Numbered from the stretch's first letter, positions 49,491-63,264 are shown. The stretch: DNA of 64,000 nt from Antechinus flavipes (GCF_016432865.1 NC_067398.1:229214001-229278000), one strand, 5' to 3'. Notes: a model not told the origin generated them from the sequence alone. Numbers and translations are program-made.

Positions 49491-49496
49491 ACATTA

Positions 49497-49631
<135 letters not shown>

Positions 49632-49729
49632 TTAGAACATCAGTAAGAAGGGAAAAATATATAAATAGAGTCTTATCTTTCTTATTTTCCTTATCATGTG
49701 AAAAATTAACATTTCTTAGGAGTTCCTAC

Positions 49730-49861
49730 CTCGATCAGTAGCTATGGGACCTCCACTGGTGACCACAAACTCATACTTGCTTAGAGACTGATCTTCATCA
49801 CATGCAACTGGATAAACACTGGAACAAGTGGCTGGGTGGACCTCCACAATGACAGCAAATT
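49730..49861 (-). CDS. FLCN: FLCN exon 12 (132 bp)
   Basis: ccacAG acceptor, G|GTAGGA donor. [44 protein letters not shown]. Confidence 0.96.
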
Positions 49862-50796
49862 CTGTGGCAACAGAAAAACCATTTTCCTGCTCAAGCCAAT
49901 TGCTTCTTAGCCTGTCACATACATCAACTATAAACCTGACATCCCACTAAATCGGAAAAGCTTGGCTTGACTTTTCACACCCCCTACTCTCTTGGGATTG
50001 TCAACACATGCTCCTTCTGAACCTCATTTGCTTCGTAAGATGTGGCTAACCATGCTTCACCACCTGTCTTCTCAGGGTTCTTTTGGGGGAAATGCCCTGT
50101 AAGTCATATTACTTCAAAGCATCTATGCTATCACTGATGAGGATCTTCCCCCACAAAAATGATGCAGATTTGCAATCCATCTGTGTCTCCCTCCCCTTCC
50201 TGCTCCCTCCATGTCAGTAACTTCATTCTTGAAAAGACAGATATTCTAATCTGATTCTCACTGAAAGGAAAGAACTGCTTGCTGGGGTAGAAATGTTGGA
50301 GACCCTGGGGGGTTTCCTAGGAGGAAATGACTATTATTGCCTCTGCTTTAAGCTAATAAAGCTAAGTGTCTTGCCCAAGGCCAGAAGCATCTGAAGCAGG
50401 ATTTGAACAAGGTCTTTCTGACAATAACTACAGTGCTTTTACCCATTCTTCCACCTCGATGCAGCTAGGGCTACTGAAAATCATCAGGTGTTGTGATCCT
50501 ATGCTGTTCTTTGATTCTTACTACATAACTAGTCTAGGATGCCTCTTCTTCTGGTGAAATATCTCTCAATAATATCCCCTATGTCACTTCTACATTTGTC
50601 TTTGCTGCAATATGCTGCAGCTTACTTGTGCCAACTATGTACTTCTCCATTATCCTTTGGGGGATGTTACTTTCAATTCTTCAAAACCTGTAGTACTCAA
50701 TGGCTTAAATCTGTATAATACCATCAGAAAAATATCAATATTAAAAAAAAAAAAAACTTGGGTCTTTGTTTCAAGGGGAATTAAAAACACTGAACA

Positions 50797-51025
50797 GTGA
50801 CATGGCTCAGTGGAATAAGAGCATTGGGCATGGAGTCATGGATTTGAATCCTGAGTTCAAATCTAGTTTTACATACTAGCTGTGTGACCCTATGCAATCA
50901 TTTAACCTCAGCCTCATTTCAATTTCTGTAAGATGAAGATAGCAAGAGTTGTGCGAGGATCAAATGAGATAATATTTGTACAGTGCCTAGCACATTACAG
51001 TGACCATATAAATATTTACTGAAAA
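50797..51025 (+). mobile_element. CORE-SINE (MIR/MAR type)
   Basis: catggctcagtggaataagagcattgggcatggagtca...ctgagttcaaatct...ctagctgtgtgacc...gaggatcaaatgagataatatttgtacagtgcctagcac. Confidence 0.75.
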
Positions 51026-51769
51026 TAAGCAAGAGTGGGAATGACAAAGGAGCACTCTATTGGAGGAAATGGGATGGAATGGGATTGCTTATACAGATGG
51101 AGAAGGGAGGTCCTGGCTTACCTCTTGTGACATAGGAATTAAGGAGGTGATAATGACAAAAAGGCATCTAAATTGACATAAGGAAGATGAGTTCACAGTA
51201 AATTGTCTTAATTTTTTCTGTACATATGAGGCTAGTTTCTCAGCTAAGAGAGTAGGGGCAAGGGGAGCTATGGAAAATCTGAGGAAAGATGATGAGGTAT
51301 GGAAAACCCACAGTGGAGACTGGGATAGTGAGTCCATTTACCACCTAGTTGCAGTAACATTAATCTGTAGTGGAAATAGAACAGTTCTATGATTTTTCCA
51401 CCTTTGTTTAGCAACTTCTATGTGGCTATGAAGGCAACAAATGGTGGGAATAATCCAAGATAGAGGCTTGGCTGGGCCTTATCAGTAAAAAGTGTATAAG
51501 AAGTAGGAATTCAAGAGAGGCGCTCAGTGTAGGAGTGAAGCGGTGACAAATTAAGTTCTACATTATTATGTATTCTCAGTCAACTGTGTCGATGTAAATG
51601 ATATAATATGATCTAGCATATTGTTTGCAATGATCTATCTTTTCAAATCTTTATCAATGTGTACATCACTTACAAAGATTTTACAGAGTTAGGAAACTGT
51701 TAATCACTGTAGAAGAGTGAGCTAGTATTCAAATGGTTCTGTAATCTCCTAAATTTGTTTAGGATGCTG

Positions 51770-52115
51770 CTACACATGCTGCTCACATTCCATTCTTGCT
51801 CGCTTATCCAGTGCAAATTTTGTCCATGTCCTTCCATGCTTTCACAGTGGACCACTTAATGTGCTACAGAAGTCTTTCTTGATTTATTACCTAATATCCT
51901 AAGAGAAGCAATGGAATACTTGGACTACACACCTGTCATCCCGTGCCCTTACCATGTGACTAATCCATTTACTTGGTTATGAAACATGGTTTGCAACAGT
52001 GGCCAAAGTGAAAATGAATATTATACAGAAGGGAATGGAGAGGTGGATGGTGAGCAAGCTAAACATATAACTAATAAGAAACTGAGAAAGGAGCAGGAGT
52101 AAAAAAGTCATTGTA
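51770..52115. mobile_element. RTE-clade LINE ORF C-terminal fragment with an internal inversion (51770-51970 on -, 51972-52115 on +)
   Basis: The + part reads GYETW...IQKGMERWMVSKL/HITNKKLR/AGVKKVI. The - part reads KWISHMVRARDDR...GRTWTKFALD. Both resemble consecutive blocks of the RTE ORF C-terminus. Confidence 0.68.
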
Positions 52116-52463
52116 AAAAAGATTCTAGAATGCTAGAAAGATCATGAGTTAGTATCATTAGTAAAAACTACAAGGGGAAGAAATAACTCAACAACTTCAG
52201 TATTTAATATTTTAGAAAGTACATTTCAAGTTAAACTTGAATCCTTAAAGTTTCAAAAGTAGGGGTGAATAACTCCTTTAGCCAATGGCAGCCCTAAGCA
52301 ATAAGTATATAAAGAAAAAAAACAAAATAGAAAAAAAATGAAGGTGGGTGAGAAGGAATGGAAACAGAAAAAAAAAATTAAAAGAGGTGTATATGATGAC
52401 AGGTGCTACAGCATATATCACCCATTTACACTGCCTGCAGAGGTCAACATCTCAAAGCTGTGC

Positions 52464-52611
52464 TTTTTTTTTTTAACTGAGGCAATTGGGGTTAAGTGAC
52501 TTGCCCAGGGTCACACAGTTAGTAAGTGTTAAGCATCTGAGGCCAGATCTGAACTCTGATCCTCCTGACTTGAGGGCTGGTGCTTTATCTAGTGCTCAAC
52601 CTAGCTGCCCC
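52464..52611 (-). mobile_element. WSINE1-like SINE, near full length, with TSD
   Basis: The - strand reads ggggcagctaggttgagcactagataaagcaccagccctcaagtcaggaggatcagagttcagatctggcctcaga...tgtgtgaccctgggcaagtcacttaaccccaattgcctcagttA11. Flanks tcaaagctgtg / tcaagctgtg. Confidence 0.88.
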
Positions 52612-52790
52612 TTCAAGCTGTGTTTTTTAAGAAGAGAAGCTTGGTTCCTAAAGCGTGCATATGTAGTTTTATGACGAAAGATCAGAAGTCAACTTCCAGA
52701 TCCTTGAAATAAATATGCAAATCCCTTACATGAGGTAAAAAAGGAGAAGATAAAGTATGTCTCCATAGACTCCAAGTGACAGAAACTTAC

Positions 52791-52914
52791 CAGAGGTCTG
52801 TATGTAGGATGGTATTTGAACATGAGGACTGAGTCCCAGAAAGTTACATCGATATGCCTCCTCATACTGGTTACTATAGGGGATAATTCGGACACAACCT
52901 ACAGGCAACATGGT
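52791..52914 (-). CDS. FLCN: FLCN exon 11 (124 bp)
   Basis: gtttAG acceptor, G|GTAAGT donor. [41 protein letters not shown]. Confidence 0.97.
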
Positions 52915-53781
52915 CTAAACAGGAAACAAAAAGTAATTATGAACAAAACAGAAAAACTATGCTATCCCTTCTTATTTCCCCTGTTACCCAAACATTACAC
53001 ATACATTCAGATCTAGTTCAAGCCCCCTTTCTTTTGTGAAGTCCTTCTAGAACACTGCAGCCCAAATTTCCATAGATCTTGCTATCCATACCACTCAGTT
53101 ATCATTGATTCATGACAATTCAATTCAGCAAAAGTTCTTATATTTATACTCCTGGGTTATCTATCTTTTATGTTAATTTTTCACATAAGTTTACTCTTTC
53201 TTTCCCATCTTCTAAATTGTCAACTCTTTGACAGCAGGGACAATGACATTTTAAGCTTGTTTGTACTCCTATAAAACTGTGACATACACACACACAGGGC
53301 ACTATTTAGTGTGCCTGCTGATTTAAATAATTCTATCAGTTACCTTCTTAAAAGAAGAAATTCCCCGTCCCCTAATTCTTCAATAATCTCCTGAGAAAAA
53401 AATCTAAGATGAATAAACCAGTCTTGAGAAAATTGGGAATTCCAAGCAGAATGCCCAAAAAGGTTCCGGAAATTGATGAAATCTATGTTATAGTAACCAG
53501 CCTTGAAAATCTAAATTTCTTCCTCTAAAAAAATCATTTTTTAGTTATCTCATGATAACTCAAAACACTGTGGTTTCTTTGGTCTTCAATATGAAATTAT
53601 AAAATACAAAAGCTATGCCATTCATATTAATTGCAGGGCTTTTTAAGGATATTTTCCTGGAGGCTATGTGAATCTTTTAAGTATTTTGGTTTTGTTCTTT
53701 ACATAACAGACTTAAATTCCTCTCAAAAATATGCAAGGTTCTAAATAAACTGAGAAAGAAGAAATTCTGAGATGGTTTTAC

Positions 53782-53895
53782 CCGAAGAACATCAAAAGCT
53801 GATTGGACAAGATCCATGTCTTGTCCCTTCCAGATGACCTGGTTTCCCATTAGCACATGCCATGCCAACATACGAAAAGAAGATGCACCTAAGAC
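53782..53895 (-). CDS. FLCN: FLCN exon 10 (114 bp)
   Basis: tttcAG acceptor, CGG|GTAAAA donor. [38 protein letters not shown]. Confidence 0.97.
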
Positions 53896-53954
53896 CTGAA
53901 AAAAGAGTATAATGCTTACTATATAATTTCAAAATCTCTTCTCCTTATTCATTA

Positions 53955-54098
<144 letters not shown>

Positions 54099-54101
54099 CT
54101 A

Positions 54102-54485
<384 letters not shown>

Positions 54486-54537
54486 CTAACAAGAGACATG
54501 CTGTCTCAGGTTTGTAATTAGGGCTCCTCCTGCCCAC

Positions 54538-54728
54538 CTGTCTCATGTGTCGAAGCGACTTGAAGATGGATAGCTTTCGAGGTAGCCAGCTGCCACAATC
54601 TGACAACAAGGAGGGAGTGGTCGAGCATTTGGCTAACTCCCTCCCATCTGTGACCTCAGGCACTGAAAGAGTCCTTTCCTCTTCTTCGCCTTCAGAGTTG
54701 TCCCAGCCTTCTGATTCTTCCTCTAAGT
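54538..54728 (-). CDS. FLCN: FLCN exon 9 (191 bp), acidic linker
   Basis: ttgtAG acceptor, CAG|GTGGGC donor. [64 protein letters not shown]. Confidence 0.96.
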
Positions 54729-57314
54729 CTACAAGACATACAAGACAGCATGGGAAAAGTTGTTTCCTTGAACTGTTCAATCTACAGAGGTAATAGTCCT
54801 AAAACTTTATTTCATATTGTAAGCTACAGATTAAAATGGTTACAGATCAAAAGTGTTTCCTTTTAAAACTTTTTGGTAGTTGAATTGAGACAACTGCTAG
54901 CACACAATTTGAGCTAGTGAAAAAATATTTTTTAAAAATAAAATCCTTTACTTTCAGATCATCTATATTTTTCACTATATTCCTTGTCCAAATTGAAACC
55001 AAAAATACATTCTTTATAACAAAGAATTTCTAAAAAAGAGAAAGGAAAAAATAAGTTTGGTAAAATGAACCAACACATCAAAAAAAATTCAGACATTGTT
55101 TCCATATCATGGTATCACTGCACTTCTGCAAAGAATTACAAAGGAGTCTTCTCATTTCTTCTTTGGAGCCAACCTTAGTCATTATAATTTTGCAGCATTC
55201 AGTTACAGTTGTTTTACTGCTATTTCTTTTTTATTCACACAGTTGTAATTGATATGCATGTTATTTTCCTCTTTCTGCTTACTTAATTCAGGATCAGTTT
55301 AACAGTTTAAGTTTTTCTATGCTTCTCTGTATTCATCATATTCATTACTTCTTATAGCACAGTAATACTCGATTATACTCACGTATCGTAGGTTGTTTAG
55401 CCTTTTCTTAACTCACTTCTAACTTTGTTTTCAGTTCTTTGTTACCATAAAAAGAGCTTCTGTCATAAATATTCTGGTATCTATGGGGTATTTTTTTCCT
55501 GTCACTCATCTTCCTCAATATAATCTCTAGGTCAAAATCTATGAACATTTTCTTCACTTTCTCTGTCTAAACTCAAAATTACTTTCTACAATGGTTGGGT
55601 CAATTCACAACTCCACCAACAATACAATAATACACTTGTTCTGCTGCAATCCCTCTAACTATTATTACCACCTGCCAGTTTGTTAAATATATGTTGAAAC
55701 CTCAGGCTTTAACATAGATTAGGTTACTGACTTCATTTCCTCCCTACATCCATCCCCCAATTCTTTAATGTCTAGTTGGTTCTATTATTCCAAATGTTTG
55801 ATGATTACTGCTTTATCACAATTAGCTCAGTAGACTTAATTATATTGTACCAAAGGAAGGAGAATGGGCTCAAATTCAGAATATATGGTATTATGTATGT
55901 AGGGAACACTATGGCAAAGAAGTCATTCACAGCTCCTTGTACTAAGTCCTTTCTCCCTTCACAGAATCCTAACTCAGAGTGAGTACAGAGTTCTATTTGT
56001 AGCATTATGCTGGATAAGTCACTCAGCTGCTAGGCTGAGCTGGCTCCTAGAGATTGGTTTGTGTTGTTCTTTTCTGATAGGAGCATGGTGACACATAGGA
56101 AAATGGTACTAAATGAAGGATTACAGTTATCTAAGGCATAATGCTTTTATTTTGTCAGGGTTCTTCTTCTACTTTTTTTTTTTTTTTTGATCCTGCCGAT
56201 TCAGCTATGATTGTTCTTTATCTGCAGCATATATTCATCTTTTGGGGAGGGGGAGAAAAAGGCAGCTGACAGCACGTGGGGAAGGGAGACAATGTCTAAT
56301 TCACCAACTTGTTGGTCATTGACATGAGAGACACTCTTTAAGTATATTTAACTTTTATATCAAAAGACAGTCAATGGAGAATGGTTTATAAGTTATAATA
56401 GTCAATTATACCATTTATATAAAAGATGTTAAGTCTCTAGAAAATTTGGGATATTGGTCACTGTAAATAGTGGACTGTCAAATCAAGCAAACTAAAAAAA
56501 CTGTTGTGATAATAAAGCCCATAACTCTTAATTCCTTGCTTTTTTTAAAAAAAGGTCTCTATTATGAATTTGACAAATATGAACATTTCCATATACAAAG
56601 AAAAAAGAAAACTGAGAAATTTCAACTTTTAAGTATAACTTTTAAAAAATAACAAACTCAATATGTTGGTTTCAAACAAACTCAAGACTTCTCCCTCTTG
56701 TCTCCCTCTGAACTTTTTTTAGTTCTCTTCTATGTATTTCTTATATGTTTCTTTGATGCTGTTTTCTTTTTGACTGAATTTTTACCAGTGATCTTTTTAT
56801 CCCTTCATAACACTGTATTTCTAACTTCATTTATTCCATTAAGTTTTTTACTAGAGGCTCTTAAACTTTTCTCCCTTTTAGTTAATTTTACTCCACTTGA
56901 ATTCAGTCACATTTGATTCTTTTATTTCTTAAATAATCTATTCACCAAGAATCAAATAATCACCAATAGAAGACTTGGTCAATTTCCTAACAAATTAAAG
57001 TTTCAAATTTCAAATCGTTAGCTCTTTATTTGGTAGGGAATAGGAGACCTACCTACAAAAGAATAGGGAAAGAAGAGAAATAGTCCCTTTCTCTCAATAC
57101 TATCCACAAATGGACATATAGTAGCAACAGACTTTCAACCCAGGTAGGGAAAAACATTTCCTTATGCATGCTCCAAAGAAGTAAAACTAGAAACTTAAGA
57201 AGGGTAAGATTTAAGTATTCACAGAAAGTAAAATTCTCAGTGTCACTGTAAGATGGATCCAGAAGTCAACCTAGAAAGTGCTCTTTCTGAAAGCTAGCAA
57301 CCACCAAGTCTTAC

Positions 57315-57406
57315 CAGCAAGTTTTTCCATTTGAACCAACGTGTCCTCTGTGGGTGCTCCCTCTAGAAGTTTCTCGGTCAGTCTACTGCCACAAGCTTTC
57401 AGAAGC
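57315..57406 (-). CDS. FLCN: FLCN exon 8 (92 bp)
   Basis: ctatAG acceptor, G|GTAAGA donor. [30 protein letters not shown]. Confidence 0.97.
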
Positions 57407-57645
57407 CTATAGAAAATGAAAATGAGTAATTTCCACCAATCAATCCTACTTAAGTTATTGTTAGTATAGTGCTCAATTTAACAAGTATTACAGAACCTAG
57501 CCAGTGTCAAATAAACAATGAGTCACCACATTCCCTTAACGTATCATCAAAACCAAATTTCATGATGGATACTGACATAACACAAAGAATAGCAGAGTCT
57601 CATTTTTAAATGGAAGCAGTAGGCCTTATCTTCAAAGGATTATTA

Positions 57646-57807
<162 letters not shown>

Positions 57808-58244
57808 CTAAAGACAGAAAAACTCTTTTTACCAAACCAAAAATACCAGCTCTCCAGCCAGCTGGTCCAGTTCAAATCTCTTTTATTACATAAAGCCTAC
57901 TCTGATTGGTTTTGGCTAAAATATTATCACTCTGTTTGAACACCTATTATACTTACATAGTGAATATTATACAGCTCAGCATTTGTTTGCTCTTTTTTTT
58001 TTTTTTTTCTGATGTGTATTATTTTGCATCCTGGATCCCATCCCATTCTTTCTTCTCCAACAGATTGTGGCTAATATCATCCCCACTTTTTCTCTAATCT
58101 TCAGTGTCTCCTTATCTACAGGTTCCTTCCCTGTAGCCAAGCAAGATGCACAAATCTCTTACATCCATAAAAACAAAACGGTGACACACATGGATTACAA
58201 CAATGTAAACAGAAAGAACAAAGTGGTGTCATTTGGCACAATGA

Positions 58245-58465
58245 ATGTGTGTCAGGCTTGGAGTCAGAAAAACTCCTCTTCCTTAATTCAAATTTGGCCT
58301 CAGATACGTTCTAGCCCTGTGGCCCTGAACATTCACTTTATCCTGTTTGCCTCAATTCCTCAACTATAAAATAATCTGGAGATGGAAATGTCAAACCACT
58401 CTAGTATCTCTGCTAAGAATGAGGCCACAAAGAGTCAGACACGACTGAAAAATGACTCAATAAAA
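58245..58465 (+). mobile_element. MAR1-type SINE
   Basis: ggcttggagtcagaaaaactc...ttcaaatttggcctcagatac, with RTE-type tail gtcaaaccactctagtatctctgctaaga...caaagagtcagacacgactgaaaaatgact. Confidence 0.8.
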
Positions 58466-59029
58466 ATGGAAAGAGCAACTAAAACTGATAACTGTTCAAT
58501 TATAATGAGAAAGAAAAAAAGTCTGCTGCAGAAAATAAAAGAAAACTTAGAAGGAAACAGAAAAGCAGAGAAGTTGAAAATGACATGCAGTATTAATTAG
58601 TTTAAAAAAAAAAAAAAGAAACACTGTGAAATGGAAATTCATAGTTTTATACTGAATCCTTTTTTAATGTTGTGCCGTGAATGTGGAAATGTTCTCTTTT
58701 GTCTTTATAGATTCAAGTTCAAAATGAACAAAATGTTTAAAAAAATTATAATGATCATGTTTGTTCCCAAAGGAGAGAAATGGGAAGACCACTTGTTTGC
58801 AGCAGTGGGGAACAAGAGGTGAGAAATAATGCATACGACAACAAACTCTTTCAGTATGTGTGTTAGTTTTGTGGAGCTTTTTTTCCCCTTCCTCTTCATT
58901 TATTCTTTACCATAACAGATATGGGATGGGGCTAGAAGAAGACTACAGTGGGAAATGTGAGTGATATAAGCACAAATGGTAACAAGAAACGTAAAAAACA
59001 AACAAATCCTACCATTTCCAGTAGCTGTA

Positions 59030-60705
59030 ACATTCCATCTCTTTTCCTCTTCTCAGATTACCTCACTGAAAAAATCCATCTGTGAGTGATGCCTTTCATT
59101 CTCTACATCCTTTGCAATCTGGACTAACATCAATATTCAGCTGAAACCTCTCTTCAAAGTTATCAGCTCATCTCTGAATTGCCAGACCCAAAGGCTTTTC
59201 TCAATCCTCAACCTTATTGAGCCCACTAGAGCATGGCACTACCAATCACTTCTCCCAGATATGCCATTTTATGGTTTTCATGATAATGTTCTCCTGCTTC
59301 TCCTGTCATTCTGACTGTTTTTTCCTATTTAACTTTCAAAATCATCGTCCTTATCATATCCTTTAACTGTAGACTGACCTGAGGGTGTCTTGGTGCTCCA
59401 CTCTTTCCTCTTATACTCTTACGTGGTGACTTTATCAGCTTCCATGAGTTCAATGTCATTTTCACAGCAATGTGAATGTGTATATGCAGCCCTAGGCTCT
59501 TTCCCGAACTTCACTCCTACACATCAACAGAAACTTATTGTGTATTTGGAACTGGCTGTCCCATAGGCACCTCAAATTCCACGTGTCCAAAACAAAACTA
59601 CCTTTTCCCCAAACCCCACCTCTCTTCCAAATTCCCCTATTTCTATTGAGGTTACCACCACCTCTCAGTCACTAAGGTTCACAACCTTCTTCTCTCTTTC
59701 TTCACTCTTCTTCACTCTCATTCATTCTACATTGCACATACCTACTCAGTTGCCAAAACTTGTTTTTTCTCTACACGTCTTTTGCATATATGCCTTTTCT
59801 ATTCATACAGCTAATTAGCCAAGTCCAATTCACCATTGCTTAGATAACTGTAAAAGGTACTATTTGATGTTCCTGCCTCATGTCTTTTCTACTCCAATCC
59901 ATGTTTCCACAAAGCTGCTACAGTGATTTTCCTAAAGTTCAAGTCGAACCATGTTTTCTTGTTGTATAGTCATTGTAGTCCTTTCTGACTCTTGTGTGAC
60001 TTTTTAGTTTTTTTTCAGCAGAGATACTGGAGAGGGTGGCTATTTCCTTCTCCAGCTCACTTTATAGAAGAGGAAACGGAGGCAAACAGGGTTAAGTAAA
60101 TGCCCAGGATCACAAAGTAAGTGTCTGAAGCTGAGACTTGAAATCAGGAAGTTGATGCTCCCTGATTCCAAGCCCAGCACTCCATCTACTGAACCACCTA
60201 ACTGTCCCTGACCATGTTGTTTCTACTCAACAAGCTCCCTACTGACACTATGATCAATATGAACTCCTTCACTTGCCTCTAAAAATTCTTTACTTTGCCC
60301 TTTTCTAGAATTTCAATCTTGTTACACATTTACTCCCTACCATACATTCTATAATTCATCCAAACTAGCCTTTTTACTCTTCCCAACACATGACATGCCA
60401 TCTTTTGACTTTGCATTGCTCTTTCCCATGCATGAAATGCATGCCCTCCTCACCTAGGCTGCTAAAATCTTTTAGACTCAGCTCAAAAGCCACTTTCTAC
60501 CTGAGGCCTTTCTGGATCCTTGGCTGCCAGTGCTTCCCACCAAAGGCATCATGTATTTTTTTTTATAAATTTCTACATGTGCATTCTGTCCCCTTTGACA
60601 TAATACAAGCTCCTAGAGGAGATAGAAGGTTTCATTTTTGTTTTTATATCCCCAGAGGCCAGTACTATGCCTGACACAGAAAGTGTTGAACAAATGTTTG
60701 AATAT
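59030..60705 (+). mobile_element. L2 remnant in FLCN intron 6, interrupted by a MAR1
   Basis: Pyrimidine-rich L2 ORF2-like text. L2 3' end gccagtactatgcctgacacagaaagtgttgaacaaatgtttgaat. Confidence 0.65.
59961..60207 (-). mobile_element. MAR1-type SINE nested in L2
   Basis: Antisense RTE tail gtcattgtagtcctttctgactctt, core gaggaaacggaggcaaacagggttaag, head ctccatctactgaaccacctaactg. accatgtt occurs on both flanks. Confidence 0.8.
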
Positions 60706-61061
60706 TGTTCTGTATCCACAAATAAGGCCTAAAACAGTTGTTATATTCAAATATTTGACATATTTAGAAGTCAAAGGAAAAAGAGGTAATGAGAAAGCTA
60801 CTGAGTTTTCCCCAAAGTAACAGAAACCAAATACAAGCTCCATTAAAGCAAGATAGAGAACTGACATGTTCTTCTATGCATAATAAAAACCTCTGAGAAA
60901 CCTGAGAAAAAAAGCATTTTTAATGTCTCTCATAAATCATCATTAGCATTGGTGCACAATGAAGCATCTCCATGCCATGCCTCCCTTAGGTTTTGGCCCT
61001 GCAGTGCGTAATAGATCCTTTCCCAAACCAAAAAGCATCCATCCCCATCTCTGTAACCCAC

Positions 61062-61283
61062 CTTCAATGCTTTGCCTTGAAGTTCATCAATGATCCCTCG
61101 AATCTTCTCCAGCAGAAAGGGCCAAGAATTGATAAGATAAATCCGATCCATCATGATAGCAATAATGCTATACCAGCGCTGGAAACCCCGGGCCAGACTA
61201 TCTTTGATGAAAAAAGTGTGGCTGAACACAAAGCCATGTTGTTCATCTCCAAAGAAAATAGGACCTTCCCGACCAGGACAGAC
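61062..61283 (-). CDS. FLCN: FLCN exon 6 (222 bp), longin domain with the RagC/D-GAP arginine finger
   Basis: atcAG acceptor, AAG|GTGGGT donor. [38 protein letters not shown]...ELQGKALK. The R164 equivalent is CGG at 61190-61188. Confidence 0.97.
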
Positions 61284-61693
61284 CTGATGGACACAACAAT
61301 TATGTTTAAGTCAGTTAGTCCTCTTCTTGGTTTAGAACATATAAAATAATAAAAGATTGCGTTTCACCTTGCAAATTCTATTGGCTGAAGATCCTTCTAG
61401 CAATCCTACACATTTTCTTTTTAATAGGGTGGGGAACTTCCAGCCCTCAGGACAGAAAGCCCTAAGGACCTTGAAATTATTTACACAATCAACTGCAGGC
61501 AAGCAATGAAGAGTTGAAGGCTAGATAGAACAATTTCCTATTGTATCACAGTACTAAAATTATTACTTAAAATTAAGTTAAATTGTTCATGTAATTTAAG
61601 AAATCTTTCTTGGATACTTAAAAACAGCAAGCATTAAAAATCTGAAAATTAAACATCCAGAATGGCGTATTTCCCACAATATTAATTACTATA

Positions 61694-62275
61694 CTCACTT
61701 CACACCTCTCATAGGGCTAAGATGGAAAAGGTAATGACAAATGTTGAAGAGGATGTGGGAAAACTTGGGCATGAATGCACTATTGGTAGAATCATGAATT
61801 ATCCAACCATTCTGGAGAACAATTTGGAATTGTGCCCAAAAGGACTTCAAACTGTACATACTCTTTGATCCAACAGTGTTTCTATTGGATCTGTATCCCA
61901 AAGAGATCATAAAGGAGGGAAAGGGACCTACATGTGCAAAAATGTTTGTGGCAGCCCTCTTTGTAGTGGGAAAAAACTAAAAATTGAGGGGATGCCCATC
62001 AATTGGAGAATAGCTGAATAAATTATGGTACACAGCAACAAGATTATGTGATGATCAACTGTGATGGACTTGGCTCTTTTCAACAATGAGGTAATTCAAG
62101 GCAATTAGAATACACTTGTGATGGAGACAGCCATCTGCATCCAAGAAACTACGGAGGCTGAATGTAGATTAAAGCATAGTATTTTCACCTATTTTTTTAA
62201 ATTGTTATCTGTTTACTTGGGGAGTTTTTTGGTTTGTGTGTGTTTTTTTCCTTTTCTTTCATCTGATTTTGGAAA
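61694..62275 (+). mobile_element. Older L1 ORF2-end/3'UTR fragment with internal deletion, in FLCN intron 5
   Basis: Aligns by eye to 46160-46494 and then to 46618 onward. It has stops and indels. Confidence 0.8.
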
Positions 62276-62282
62276 TTTCTCA

Positions 62283-62462
<180 letters not shown>

Positions 62463-63264
62463 CTATCCCAAACAAGGGAAAGAGAAGGTAGAACTGATCT
62501 AAAACAAGAATAAAATCATTCCTTTCCCCACACATACAAATTATAATAACTTGTTCAAATTTTCCATAATAATAACCACTTATTTAGGCATTAAATTAAA
62601 TCCACGGATGCTTCTTTTATATAATTCTATTTCATGAATGGGGGTAAAAAAGGAGACATTAACGACTCAGGGACTTTCAAAATTAATGATAGAATGAACA
62701 ATCTCTCCATTCAGACCATCATGCATTGGGTATTAATATGAATAATTTACAAGTATTTGTTGTAATATGAATCTTAGATTAGTGATTCTCAAGCTATTTG
62801 GACTCCATAAGCTGCCTAGTATGAAGGAACTGATAGTAGAATGTGAAGAAAAAAACCACAGATCTAGAAATGATCTTTGTACATTATATAGTAGTGACCA
62901 TAAACCAAGTCCAACATATGTATGGTCAGTGAAGTTTATGGGATGTTTGTTGTTATTAGTTTCCTGTTCCTAAATAAAGTTCTCATAGAATCCAACAACA
63001 AAGAGTCTTTTAGTCAAGAGAGGCAAAAAACACAAGGAAAAAATAAACACAAAGTGGAGGACAAATAGAGGAACAGATAAGGACTGGGAGACAAAACAAA
63101 ATAAAACAGAAAATATTCTGCAAGTTAAAAAACTGTGGGTTAACTTGTTTATTGGAGAAAAGTAGATATGGAAACAATATTTGATGAAAGGGAAATAACA
63201 AGGGAGCAAAAAAGAAAACATAAAATTTGTCAAGAAATATTAACCATATCTGATTTTTCTCATA

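Noticed and set aside
50020-50350. Repeat-poor segment in FLCN intron 11 with TGATGA (50135-50140), considered as a C/D snoRNA or cryptic exon
   Set aside because: The box-C-like motif is antisense to the host transcript, there is no terminal stem or well-placed box D, and there is no convincing splice pair.
57271-57314. Possible counterpart of the human short FLCN isoform that reads into intron 8
   Set aside because: Read-through here gives only [14 protein letters not shown], with no resemblance to the recalled human extension. No evidence of conservation.
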